A DNA stretch of 64,000 bases from Lama glama (lineage: Eukaryota). Where the stretch lies: NCBI GenBank assembly GCA_028534125.1, contig CM052816.1:9302001-9366000 (forward strand), given 5' to 3'. Of this stretch, positions 49,776 through 61,594 are shown one piece after another; position 1 is the first letter of the stretch; each line of letters starts with the position of its first letter. A program made the position numbers and the translations under genes. The notes below the pieces were generated by a model. It saw only the letters and a program-made list of their open reading frames with translations, did no database searches and was not told the DNA's origin.

Positions 49776-52229
49776 ACTTGGAGCCAACTCAAAGTGCTCC
49801 AATCAGTGGCTGCAGGGCTGGGCATCAGGGAACATTTCACATGGAGCAGTTGTATTTTTATATGGTAGGGTTTTGCATAAGATCTCATCTGTAGAAAGAA
49901 AAAGAGGAGGATTATAAAGATAACAAGCAAACAAAAGTTAAAACCACTTCACAAGGTGAGCTTCAAGTTCCTTTCTCACTCCAGCTCAGACAGCTTGACA
50001 CTTAATGTATTCAGTCCCTGTTGGGCTCGGTCTTGTAATTCATGAGTGAATGAGGGTGCAGTGATTTACACCAATATGTGCAAAGTCTCAGGAAACAGTG
50101 AGCTAACTTTCCACTCCACCGTCAAGGAGGAGAAATAGCAGAGCATTGTTATGCTGGCTGTTCTCTCCTGACCCTTCTTCTTTTGATTCTAGGTGTCATC
50201 AGCACCACTAGACTGAAGACATCTGCAGAATTTCAAGGTTCTTCCTCTACAGTCAAAACTCAGGTAACACAGCTTTGTGAGATTGAGACAATCTTATTCT
50301 CGCGACTTCTTTGACGTTTCCCGTTTCCTTTAAACATCATTATAGAGAACTATTTCCTAGGCCAGAAGGGATAAAAATAGGGTCACGATAACAACCACAA
50401 GACCGTATGTCTCTGGCTCTGCCCTTCTGTCCTCTCTGTGGAAACACCAGTTCCTCTCAGTTCTTTCCAGATAGCTTTAGGAATCTCTAAGAAGTATCTC
50501 CTATGTAATCCAAAGACTGGCTCTCCAGGTGGCCACGTGCGGTCTGCCATTTTTCTTGCTGGACTGGGTCTGGTTGCTACTATCCCTGCTAGAGGCAGTT
50601 ATGCTACCAAGAGGGCTGGGGTGGAAAGGGAATCTGCATATTCAATAATGGGTTCTACTCACACAGAGTCATCATGCACAGGTGCGGAACTCGGGCTCTG
50701 GCTTTAGGTTGCCTGGAATCAGATCCTAGGTTTGCCACTTGGTAGTTATTCAACCTCTCAGATGTCAGTTTCCTTGGGGAAAATAATGAAAATCTGCTTG
50801 ATTGGACTGTTTAAATGAGATCGTGTAGAGTTTAGTATTTTGCCTTCATTAAATGTTAGTGATTTCTCTTATTACTACTGTTGTTTTGAATCACTCCCTC
50901 CATGCTTCTCTGGACGCTTCTCAGGAGACTTTTTAATGTCCCATGTAAATAACCTCCTGGCAGACTTGCCCCACAGTTCTTTCCCTTGAATCCTACAGAA
51001 AACACAGCTTAGGCTCAACCTGTGTGTCTGCAGAGGACTGATTAAATTCCAGTCATTTAGAATTCGAGTTAAGTATTTTAAAATATATTTTATTATATGT
51101 ATTACATAAGTTAGCTTATTTTTATATTATTGTACAAATTATATGTGCACATGGTATAAATATTTAGCAATATAAAAACATTTTCAGTGAAACAACATAT
51201 CTTCCCCCTCCCTAGATCCTCAGTCTCATGGCCTTGAATCCTTCAGCAGTTTCTTTCATGTTCTCCTAGAAAATTTTTATGTACACATGCTGATGTCCAT
51301 ATGTAATTGGAACAGGTCTGAGTTTGCTCCATGATTTTGGTGTAATAAATGTCTCAACCCTGCACCTGAGGGTTTCTAGTAAACGGAATCTATCATGCTT
51401 GAGGGATCTGCCTTCCTTAGGGTGGTGTAAGACTCTTGGGAGCTTAAAGGGTATGGAAAGTGGGGAAGGCTGGGTCCTAATGACAGTGCAGGTACCCAGC
51501 ATTGTGACTTCTGCTGTGGCTACTCCATGCTGCTGGCCGTCACTGGTCCTCCAGATGGGCTCGGAAGTAGCTCTCATACCCTTTCTCTGCACTGAGCCAG
51601 GCTCAGCTACAGAGACCCTCCCTTCTTTTCTCAATAACACATAGCTTACGGTCCATGATCCACAGACATTTAGCAGTCAGTATTCCAGAAAGCTCTCTGT
51701 AAAAAAAAAAAAAATTTCTGAAATGCCACAACACTACTTAATCTCAGAGAAGCTATCTCTCAGTTGGAGCTTTCCTTCTCTTTAACACAACGCCTGAGCT
51801 TCCATCCCTTCGGGAAACACCAAGAAGAATTCCCTACATGTACAAAAAGGGCTGGGTGGAATTTGTCGTCCCCTAATCCATCAACTTTTGACTTTGGCTG
51901 TAAAACCAAGAGCTACTGATAATCCTCTAGAACAAGAGTGCCCTAAAATCCTGTCAGTGAGAAGAAAGATGTGCTAGGAACAAAGAATACAAACACAAAG
52001 AGACACAGCTCTTCCCTTCAAGTAGTTTACTGTCTAGAGTACAAGAAAGACAAGGGAAAGGCTTCAGACAGTGTGCTAAGCATTAGCATAAAAGAATGCA
52101 CAGGTACAATGAAATACAGCGGAGATCTCTAAGTTGGATTTGGGAGGTATCCTGGAAGCTTCAGGAAATAAGGGATATATAGGTTCAAAAGTGTTAAAAC
52201 ATCATTTAAAAAATAAGGCATTTTTGTTC

Positions 52230-52480
52230 AGCATGAAGTGTTCAAGCATCAGAGTTAGACAAATTTGGGCTGGAATTCTGGCTCTACCATTTGTTGGTTG
52301 TATGACACTGGGCAGGTGACATCTATTCTTTTAAAGTTTTATTTCATCATTTATCAAATAGTGATGAAAGCAGTGCTGACCTCATAGTGTTATTATGAAA
52401 ATCTAATAATATAAAGCACATACTATTTTTGGCCTTGTGTCTGGAACGTATTTACTCTTTAATAGCTATTTATTATAACT
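52230..52480 (+). mobile_element. MIR SINE
   Basis: cagagttagacaaatttgggctggaattctggctctaccattt...tatgacactgggcaggtgac. Confidence 0.7.
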
Positions 52481-55400
52481 TTCATTGTTACTACTGTTTC
52501 ACACACTAGTCAGTATATGGATCTCATCAGATTTTATAAATATTTGGCCCTCTGTATTTTCAGAAGTATTATAGAAAGGCTTCATTCTTTTATCAGAGGA
52601 GATTTGGGGATAGAGGTCACGGATGCACTTGGAGGTTTGAGGAATCTGTGAGAAGGTGCCAGAGAGGAGGCTGTGTGGGATTCTGGGTGAATGCCAGTCA
52701 ATCAGGAGTTTAGTCTGGAAACCTCCCTGTAATTTGGAAATGAAGCAGGAAGCCAAGGTGGGAAGAGGTGGGGCTGTTTTGGGATTTCAGCATCCCTAAC
52801 GACTCACATCTCTTCCCGGCTTGAGTGCATGGCAGCGTCAACAATGAGGCAGGCGCCCCCCCCCTCCTCTACACTATCTTCTCCATCTCCAGAAAAACAC
52901 AAACAGAATGGAAGGAAGGAAAAGACACAATGGCCAAAATCTTAGGGAACACTTTCCTTACAGAGTTCCTGGTAGCAAGCAAGCGTTTTTGGTTTGGGGT
53001 ACAGTTCTTTGGACATTGAAAATATCATAGGATCATTGGAGGAAAAGTTTATGGAGGCCTGACAAGTCCATTTCATTTATTCATTTTATAGATGAGGAAA
53101 CTGAGGCCCAGACAAGTTCACAGAGGTAATGAAAACAAAATTGATGAGAACTGGAATCAATTATCTGAAGGGGTTTCTAGAGGGAAACAGCAAAAGTCTG
53201 AGGATCAATGGGTGGTAATGTCAGGAGGCAGGTTTTATTCAAGAAAGAAGGTTAGTAACTTTCAAAACTGCTCTGAGATAAAAAGGGATGCCTTCCGAGG
53301 CCAGGTCACCAGAAAATAGGAGTGTTTCAAAAATTGGAGGGTGGAAATGGTAAAGAGAGAAGAGGAGTAGTGGCCTGATGATCCTGTAGGAACCCTCCCA
53401 GCTCGGAGCTTCTAAGGAGCTTCAAAGCAGCCAAAGAAAGTTAGAATGCCTATTACTCAGTATCTTAATAATTCACATTTCAATAAATATAGTACACTGC
53501 AGATAACTTACCTGTGTTTGTGATTAACCCATGTTCTAGAGCTGAGAAGATGACAGAGAAGGGCATTTGGAGTTCACACGCTATCACTACTTACTGTTTG
53601 TGTGCTTTCAGGAAAATAGCAGGCGAAGTCTGTGTTCTCATCTGGAGGACAGGCTATTGTGTTTACTGAGTAAGATAATGTATGTGAAAGTGCTAAGTTG
53701 CTGATATGGTTAATAATATTTTAAGACGGAAAATAGCAGTGAAATATAGGATCACATGGGTAAGACCTCTGCGTGCTGAAACTATTTTTAAAAACAATGA
53801 TTTCCCTTCACAGCTAATTCAGGACATAGCTACAATCTCAAATGATTCATGTCTTTTATGTGTGTACAAACCAGAGATAATCCCCAGGCTTTCCAGGTGA
53901 GACGTTTCCTTCAGCTGGGAGGGAGCTAGGTGTGTAGATCTCCTTATAGGCGAGGGACTCGTAATCAGCTCGAGGATGGCCAAGGTTTGCTGTGGCAGAA
54001 ACTCTGTTAAAGTCTTCATATTTAAGTTGGAATTTAGATTATCTGGTGCAACATGCTAGAGCAAAAATCCTAGTTCTATCACTTATTAGTTAGGATAATC
54101 TTGGTCAAATTATTTCAACTCTTTGAAAGTATGTATCTTAATCTGTAAAACAAAAAGGTTCTAAAATAGTGCCTGAAACATAGTAAAGGTTTAATAACCC
54201 TGAGTGGTTGTAAGTGTTGTTATTGTTGATGTTTATTTGATTGTTAGAAGTTGGTGCTCAGAAAGGAGACAGGACTTGTCCAGGACCACATGTTGTGATG
54301 TACACTATGAATAGAATCCAGTTTTTTTCCCTTGCAGGTTAGTTCTCTTTTCATTACAGCTCCTTTGCTATCCAGCTAGCAATCTGTGTTCATGGATTCA
54401 GCTTGTAGAAGCCATTAAGCTGCTGATCAAATTCTGCACCCCTAGTCCAACTTCCACCAGCTTCCACTTAGACACCCACAATCTCAAATCCTGCTTATAC
54501 TTGTCAGTTCAGCTTAAGTCCAGCCACCTCCATGAAAAACCTTCCAGTATGTTGTCCAGATAAATACTGACAACCCCCTACTTGGAAACAGTGATCTTAA
54601 AAATAAGTCCACATCCTTTTGCAAGGCTTGCCACTTCCCCTCTCTGGACTTTCATTTCCCCATTTGTAAAATGAGAAGGAAGTAAAAGAGTCAATAAACA
54701 ATTGATTGCTGACTAGGGGCTGGGCAGTGTGCTGGGTGACAGAACAAAAGATGACTTAGACAAGCTCCCAGCCTCTAAAGATTTTACAGCTTACAAGCGA
54801 GACAGGAGAGGAAATGTGAAATTATATGGACAGTTATAAAAACTCTGCTACCCAAGAAATAGAGATTTGAATGAACAGGTGGGAAAAAATAATTATACAA
54901 GGAGTATGGGGAGCTAGAAAAAATAGTATCTGATTTAGGTCTTCTTAACAGGGAGGAAAGGAAAAAAGGAGAGTAAACAGCATGTCCAAAGGCTGAGGTA
55001 CCAAGGAATGGAATAAACGGTTAATTATGGCAAAAAGTTTTGTGTGCTGGAGGAAATTTAGGGAGGGGAGTGAGGGCAGTGGAGGAAGTAGAGGAAGATG
55101 AAATTCAGACTGGTCTCTCTCTCCCTCATGAAACTATTGGCAATGGGAGGACAAAGTTCTCGGTCACTTTTCCTCCTTTTTCTGCAGCAAATAGGATGTG
55201 AGTAAAAACATTTGGCAAAAAAAAAAAAAGAAAAGAAAGAAAGATTCATATGCCATGAGAATCATATGCCATGCTATGGAATCTGGACTTTCTCTTGCAC
55301 CAAATAGGGGTCCTGAAAAGTTGTTAAACAGAAATAACATAATTAAATTGGATCTGTGGAAAAGATAGCCCTGGAAGCAGAGTCAAGGGTATGGAAGAAA

Positions 55401-55880
55401 AGATTGAGACTGGAAATAGGGAGTTCTCAGGAGGCTATTTCACTCATTTGGGACAAAAAGCATAAGGCTGTGCAGTCAGTGGGAGGATATCTTAAGGGAA
55501 GAACTGCTGAGACCTGAGAGCTTTTTGATTGTGGAGAGTGAAGCAGGAAGGAAGCATCAGGAGTTGCTGAGGTTTCTTTCATGGGAAGGTGGTGAATGGT
55601 ATTCTGTTTGGCCTTTTGGGTAAAAGGTACGAGTGGGTCACCTAGGAAAACATAGGCAGCTGTTACCTAAATTCCTCCCAGGTCTCTCATTGCAACCTGT
55701 TCTACCTTGTTCCAACTTTGCACTGCCATCTTTGTAGTAAGTGTTAATAATACATCTTGCCCAAACTACTGCAGCAGTCTCCCAACTGTTCCATCCACAT
55801 CCACTCCATTCTCCATGCAGTGACCAGAATACTTCTTTCTGAGACAATTGATCATTTTCCCTGCCCTTAAAGCACTTCAT

Positions 55881-55979
55881 TTATGGCTTCTCATTACAAT
55901 GTATCATTCACAATGTCCTAGATAGGATCAGTCAGTTATGGCTTCTCATTATAATGTATCATTCACAATGTCCTAGATA
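55881..55979 (+). repeat. 44-bp direct repeat (1 mismatch) with an 11-bp spacer
   Basis: ttatggcttctcatta(c/t)aatgtatcattcacaatgtcctagata at 55881-55924 and 55936-55979. Confidence 0.9.
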
Positions 55980-55989
55980 CAATCAAAAT

Positions 55990-57410
55990 TACTAACATTC
56001 AAAGAGCAAGAAACTATTGACTCATACTTGAGAGAAAAGGCAATCAGAGAAGAGTGACTTTGAGATAACCTAAATGTTGGGGTTAGCAGACAGAAATTTT
56101 AAAGCAGCATTATAACCAAGCTTAGAGATATAAAGTAAAATAATTGTTATAACAAATAAGCAAATTCAAAAAAGAAAAATATCTATTTAAAAACTGGAAA
56201 TTTTAGAGCAGAAAAATACAGTTTATGAAATAAAACATTTACTGGGTTGACTGAACAACCGATGAGACATGACAGATGGGAGAGTCAGTGAACTTGAAGA
56301 TGGAGCAATAGCAATAATCCAACCTGAAGAAAAGGGAAAAGACTAAAAGTAATTTAATACAACCTCTGCAACTTTGGGGACCATACACAAAATATGAAAA
56401 ATATGTAAGTGGAATCCGAGAAGGGAAGGGTTGAGAGAACAGAACAGAAAAAAATCTTTGGAGAAACCGATTCACAGACAAATTTACAGATTGGAGAAGA
56501 AAAGTAATCCCACATAGAATAAATACAAGTCAGACCACATCTAGGTGCATCATAGTCAAACTGCTGAAAACAAAAGAGAAAACCTTGAAATCAGCCTGAG
56601 AAAAATGGCACATTCTATGAGGGAATAAGACGACAAATCATCTCTGACTTCTCACTGGTGATGATGGATTCCAGAAGAGAGTGCAGCTATATCCTGAAGG
56701 TCCTAAGAACAAGGGAGAGAGAGAGGGAGAGAACGGGAGAAACAGACAAACTTCTCAACTTGGAATTCTACATCAGTTAAAAAACATTGTTCAAGAATTA
56801 AGTTGAAATAAAAATGTTTCCAGATAAAAGAGAGCTAGAGACTTTATTACTAGCAGACCTACATTTTAAGGAAAACCAAAAGATGTGTTTCAGGCTGAAG
56901 GGAAAATCGTACTTACTGGCTCTTATGGTAAGAAAAGAAGAATGCCAGAAATGATAAACATGTAGGTAAATATTTTTTTAAAATATCATTTTTCTTCATC
57001 GCTTCCTTAAAATATATGTGACTCTTTAAAGCAAACATTGTAAATTTGAATTGTGGGGTTTATAACATTTATGTATGTAAAAGCTATGACAGCTGTAGCA
57101 TAAAGGACCAGTGTTGGGGGTAAATAAACTTGTACAGTTGCAAGTTTCTTTCATTTCACATAAAGTAGCACAGTATTAACTCTAAGCAGGCTGAAATGTT
57201 AAAAATATATGTTGCAACCCCCTAGAGCTACCACTTGAATAATAAAAATAAAATAACGGTAATATCACAAATAGCTACAAATCCAATAGATAAATTTAAA
57301 AAAATATTAAATTACTCCTAAGAAAAACAGGAAAGGAAAAACAGAAGAACAAAAAAAATGAATGGAACAAATAGAGAATAGATAGTGAAATGGTAGGCCT
57401 AAATCTCCAT
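55990..57410 (+). mobile_element. Old L1 (L1M4/L1MC-ME-like) ORF1 and inter-ORF remnant
   Basis: cagtgaacttgaagatggagcaatag...gtaagtggaatccgagaagg...ctaggtgcatcatagtcaaactgctgaaaac...ctagcagacctac. Confidence 0.7.
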
Positions 57411-58010
57411 CAGCATGTCAGTTCCATAAAGACAGAGACCATGTTCATTTTTGCTCAGGATTTAACAGAAGGAGTAGGTGAGGGAGTGAGTAAATTCATG
57501 TATGCTCTAAGCAACAGCTCCTCTAGGTCCTGGGGGTTTCCTCGATGACTTCTTGTGATAAATAGGACATATACATTTGTTAATGTTCTACTGGACAGAA
57601 AGTTTTCAACATTTTGGGTTTGTAATTCTTGAAATGCTTCAAAATGTGTGGAAAGACATGGGCTAAAAGTTGAATTGGATAATCCTTTATATTGAAATCA
57701 CACGAATCCACTTGTTGAGAAAATAAGCCCCATTTCTCTACATGGAAGTCTGGATGTGGACAGAGTGTTTTGCCTAAGGAGGTCCCCCAGGATTCAGTGG
57801 GGTACTTTGGCTTTTGCTGTGAGACATGACTATTGAAAAACTAATAACAAATACTTTGATTATATGATTGATTTTGATTTCAAGGGGATTCCAACTGTAG
57901 GGAAAGGCAGAAAGTCTCCAACCAAATTCAAACGTTTCATGACCTGAGGAGGAGAGGCAAGGAATCCTTCTGAGGACCAAAATATTCTAAATTTTTCTGA
58001 AGTGACATTT

Positions 58011-58841
58011 TTTTTTTGAAATCCCAGTCTATCCCTTCCCACCCTCCACCCCTCTGGTAACCACAAGTCTGTATTCTCTGTCCATGAGTCTATTTCTGTC
58101 CTGTATTTATGCTTTGTTTTTGTTTGTTTGTTTGTTTTTGTTTTTGTTNNNNNNNNNNNNNNNNNNNNNNNNNNNNNNNNNNNNNNNNNNNNNNNNNNNN
58201 NNNNNNNNNNNNNNNNNNNNNNNNNNNNNNNNNNNNNNNNNNNNNNNNNNNNNNNNNNNNNNNNNNNNNNNNNNNNNNNNNNNNNNNNNNNNNNNNNNNN
58301 NNNNNNNNNNNNNNNNNNNNNNNNNNNNNNNNNNNNNNNNNNNNNNNNNNNNNNNNNNNNNNNNNNNNNNNNNNNNNNNNNNNNNNNNNNNNNNNNNNNN
58401 NNNNNNNNNNNNNNNNNNNNNNNNNNNNNNNNNNNNNNNNNNNNNNNNNNNNNNNNNNNNNNNNNNNNNNNNNNNNNNNNNNNNNNNNNNNNNNNNNNNN
58501 NNNNNNNNNNNNNNNNNNNNNNNNNNNNNNNNNNNNNNNNNNNNNNNNNNNNNNNNNNNNNNNNNNNNNNNNNNNNNNNNNNNNNNNNNNNNNNNNNNNN
58601 NNNNNNNNNNNNNNNNNNNNNNNNNNNNNNNNNNNNNNNNNNNNNNNNGTGCTATTTTAAAGGGGATTGTTTCTTTACTTTCTTTTTCTGTTGATTTATC
58701 GTTAGTGTAAAGAAATGCAACTGATTTTTGAACATTAATTTTGTAACCTGCTACCTTGCTGAATTCTTCAATCAGCTCTAGTAGCTTTTGTGTGGACCTT
58801 TTGGGGTTTTCTATATATAGTAACATGTCATCAGCATATAA
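58011..58841 (-). mobile_element. Young L1 with ORF2 RT fragment ([15 protein letters not shown]...[16 protein letters not shown]) and a truncated 3'UTR, spanning a gap
   Basis: Open frame across about 58650-58847; 3'UTR at 58018-58148; tgacattt at 58003-58010 and 58842-58849. Confidence 0.85.
58149..58648. other. Assembly gap (500 N)
   Basis: N run. Confidence 1.
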
Positions 58842-59189
58842 TGACATTTAAATATTAACACTTGGAGACTTTTTTTTTTTAGCACCCAAAGAGCCTCATC
58901 TTTTGCAGCTCCTATTTGATGAGTTTCCAACGAGGATACAGTTTTCCCATCAAAAGTAGGAGGTGGACTAAATTTTTACTAACGTCTTTAGCAACTATTT
59001 ATTGAATATTGATTGTGACCACTCAAGATTTTTACTTTTTTCCTCAGCTGAAGGAAAATGATGCCTAATGGGAGAATGTACTTTAATAGAAGCTGGATGT
59101 CATAGATAGAGGAACAGATCAGAAAGGAGGGGGTCCTCATTCACCAGTTATTTATATGATGTCTGCTTTCTCAAAGGAATTTTGCAATT

Positions 59190-59400
59190 CATTAAGAACC
59201 TGAGGTCAAAAAACCTCACTTTAACTCCAGTTCTGCCACTTAACCAGCAGGATACCCTAAAACAAACAACATAGCTTCTCTGAGCCTCTGTTTCCTTGTC
59301 TGTAAAGTGGAGAAGCAATGATGCCTTTTCTACAGACCTCAGATGAAATGAGAAAATAGATGTGAAACAGTGAAGCACTGTGTGAGCATGAGAGTAATCA
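59190..59400 (+). mobile_element. MIR SINE
   Basis: ccagttctgccacttaaccagc...cttctctgagcctctgtttccttgtctgtaaagtgg. Confidence 0.7.
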
Positions 59401-60364
59401 CAACCAAGAAGAAGAATGTAAAGAAAAAATTACATTTTAAATTTGTTTGCCTTTTTACTTTTGCGGGACTTGAGGTAATCCTAAATAGTGTATGTGTTTC
59501 ACTTTGATGTCTTCCTTAACGCTTTCATTAGTAATAGTACCATATTAAGTAGCAAACCAGTCAGTAAAACACTCAAACATGTAAGGAACTAAGTATACAA
59601 TAAAGGTAGTATTTTTAATCAGCAGAAAAAGAAGGACTATTCAATTAACAGTTTGGGAAGTGAAGTTCAATTCTTATCCTACCCATATAAATTCCACGAG
59701 AATACAAAATTTAAATATAAAGATATCATACAAGTACTAAAAAAATCAATATGTATTTTAAAACTCTTGCTTGGTGTGAGGAAATTCTTTCAAAGAAAGA
59801 CATAAAACTTAGCAGCTATAAAAAGCATGATACATCTACCATGTAAAAATTGCTATCCAGAAAAATTAATTGTAATACATAAGAAAGAAGAGATGCTATA
59901 TTTTATGTTAAAGAACTATAATAAGTTTGGAAAATAACTATGAAATTGGATAAATGATATGAACAGAGACTTCACAGAAAATAAATAAAATGGCTTCTAA
60001 ATTTATGAATATGTTCAGCCTCATTCATAATTAAAGGAATGTGGATAAAAATATGGAAATACCATTTTCCACCCAAAAAGTTGGCAGATATTGAAAAGAA
60101 TAGCAATTGGGCAGAGATTCACCTTCATATGCTGCATGTGAGGGCACAGTCTAGAGTAACTTCTTTGAACAACAATTTGACAAAATCTGCCAAACTTCTA
60201 AATGCCCATCTTTTGGACAGCAAAGATGTACATACATGATGGCTTATTATAATACTTTGTTGCTTTGTTTTTTGTAGTAGCATGAAACTAAAAAAGAAAG
60301 AAAGAAAGAAAGAAAACCAACCAAACAAACAAAAAAACCTTGGTAGAGAACTATTAAAATTTTA

Positions 60365-61195
60365 TCACTAATTATTAGAGAAATGCAAATCAAAACTACA
60401 ATGAGGTTATCACCTCACACTAGTCACAATGGCCATTAAAAAGTCTACAAGTAATAAATGCTAGAGAAGGTGCAGAGAAAAGGAACCCTCCTACACTGTT
60501 GGTGGGAATGTAAATTGGTGCAGCCACTGTGAAAAACAGTATGAAGTTTCCTTAAAAAACTAAAAATAGAGTTGCCATATGATCCAGAAATATCACTCCT
60601 GGGCATATATCTGGAGAAAACTCTAATTCAAAAAGATGCACCTCAGTGTTCATACCAGCCCTATTTACAACAGCCAAGACATGGAAGCAACCTAAATGTC
60701 CATTGACAGATGACTGGATAAAGAAGATGTGGTATATTTATATAATGGAATACTACTCAGCCATAAAAAAGAATGAAATAATTGCATTTGCAGCAACATG
60801 GATAGACCTAGAGATTATCATATTAAGTGAAGTAAGTCAGAAAAAGAAAGACAAATAGCATATGATATCTATATGTGGAATCTAAAAATGATACAAATGA
60901 ACTTATTTACAAAACAGAAACAGACTCACAGACATAGAAAACAAACCTATCATTACTAAAGAGGGCAGTGATGTGGAGGTATAAGTTAGGAGTTTGAGAT
61001 TAGTAGATACAAACTACTATATATAAAATAGATTAAACAGCAAGGTCCTACTGCATAGCAGAAGGAACTATATTCAGTATCCTATAATAAACCATAATGG
61101 AAAAGAATATGAAAAAGTAAGTATATAAAACTGAATCACTTTGCTGTGTACCAGAAAGTAACACATAACATTGTAAATAAATTATATTTTGATAA
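60365..61195 (+). mobile_element. L1 ORF2 C-terminus plus 3'UTR (cetartiodactyl/laurasiatherian type) within older L1ME-like sequence (about 59560-61380)
   Basis: agagaaatgcaaatcaaaactacaatgagg; translated [34 protein letters not shown]; ends cattgtaaataaattatatt. Confidence 0.85.
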
Positions 61196-61560
61196 AATTT
61201 TTTTTTAATTTATGGAACATCTGTACAGTGGAAAAGCATGAAACCATAAGGGAAGAATGAAGCAGAGCTTTATTGTAACTTTAAGGTGTATTGTTAAGTG
61301 ATTAGAGCAAAATCCTAAACTGCAGGTACAGTATGTACCTTTTGGGTAAAGAAAAAATTTTCTGCATATTTATATTCGTAGTCCCAAAGGAATGAAAAGG
61401 TAACTGCTGCAACAAATGCTCTTCAAATGGATTAATTTACTTGCTTTAATCTATGACTTAATAGGCCCTGGTTGCCTATGAGGATGCCATACTTTTCAAG
61501 GCTTAAATCTTCTCTCAGAATTCCTCCTCAGTGTTTTTAATGTGCTCAGAAGAAACATTC

Positions 61561-61594
61561 ATACGCACACACACACACATACACACACATACAT
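61561..61594 (+). repeat. Interrupted (CA)n microsatellite
   Basis: atacgcacacacacacacatacacacacatacat. Confidence 0.8.

Noticed and set aside
55881..55979. Repeat-spacer-repeat as a CRISPR-like array
   Set aside because: Only two copies, an 11-bp spacer, mammalian context and no cas genes.
58084..58710. Long ORFs spanning the second N run
   Set aside because: Artefacts of translating through Ns; only the L1 RT fragment on - is real coding-derived sequence.
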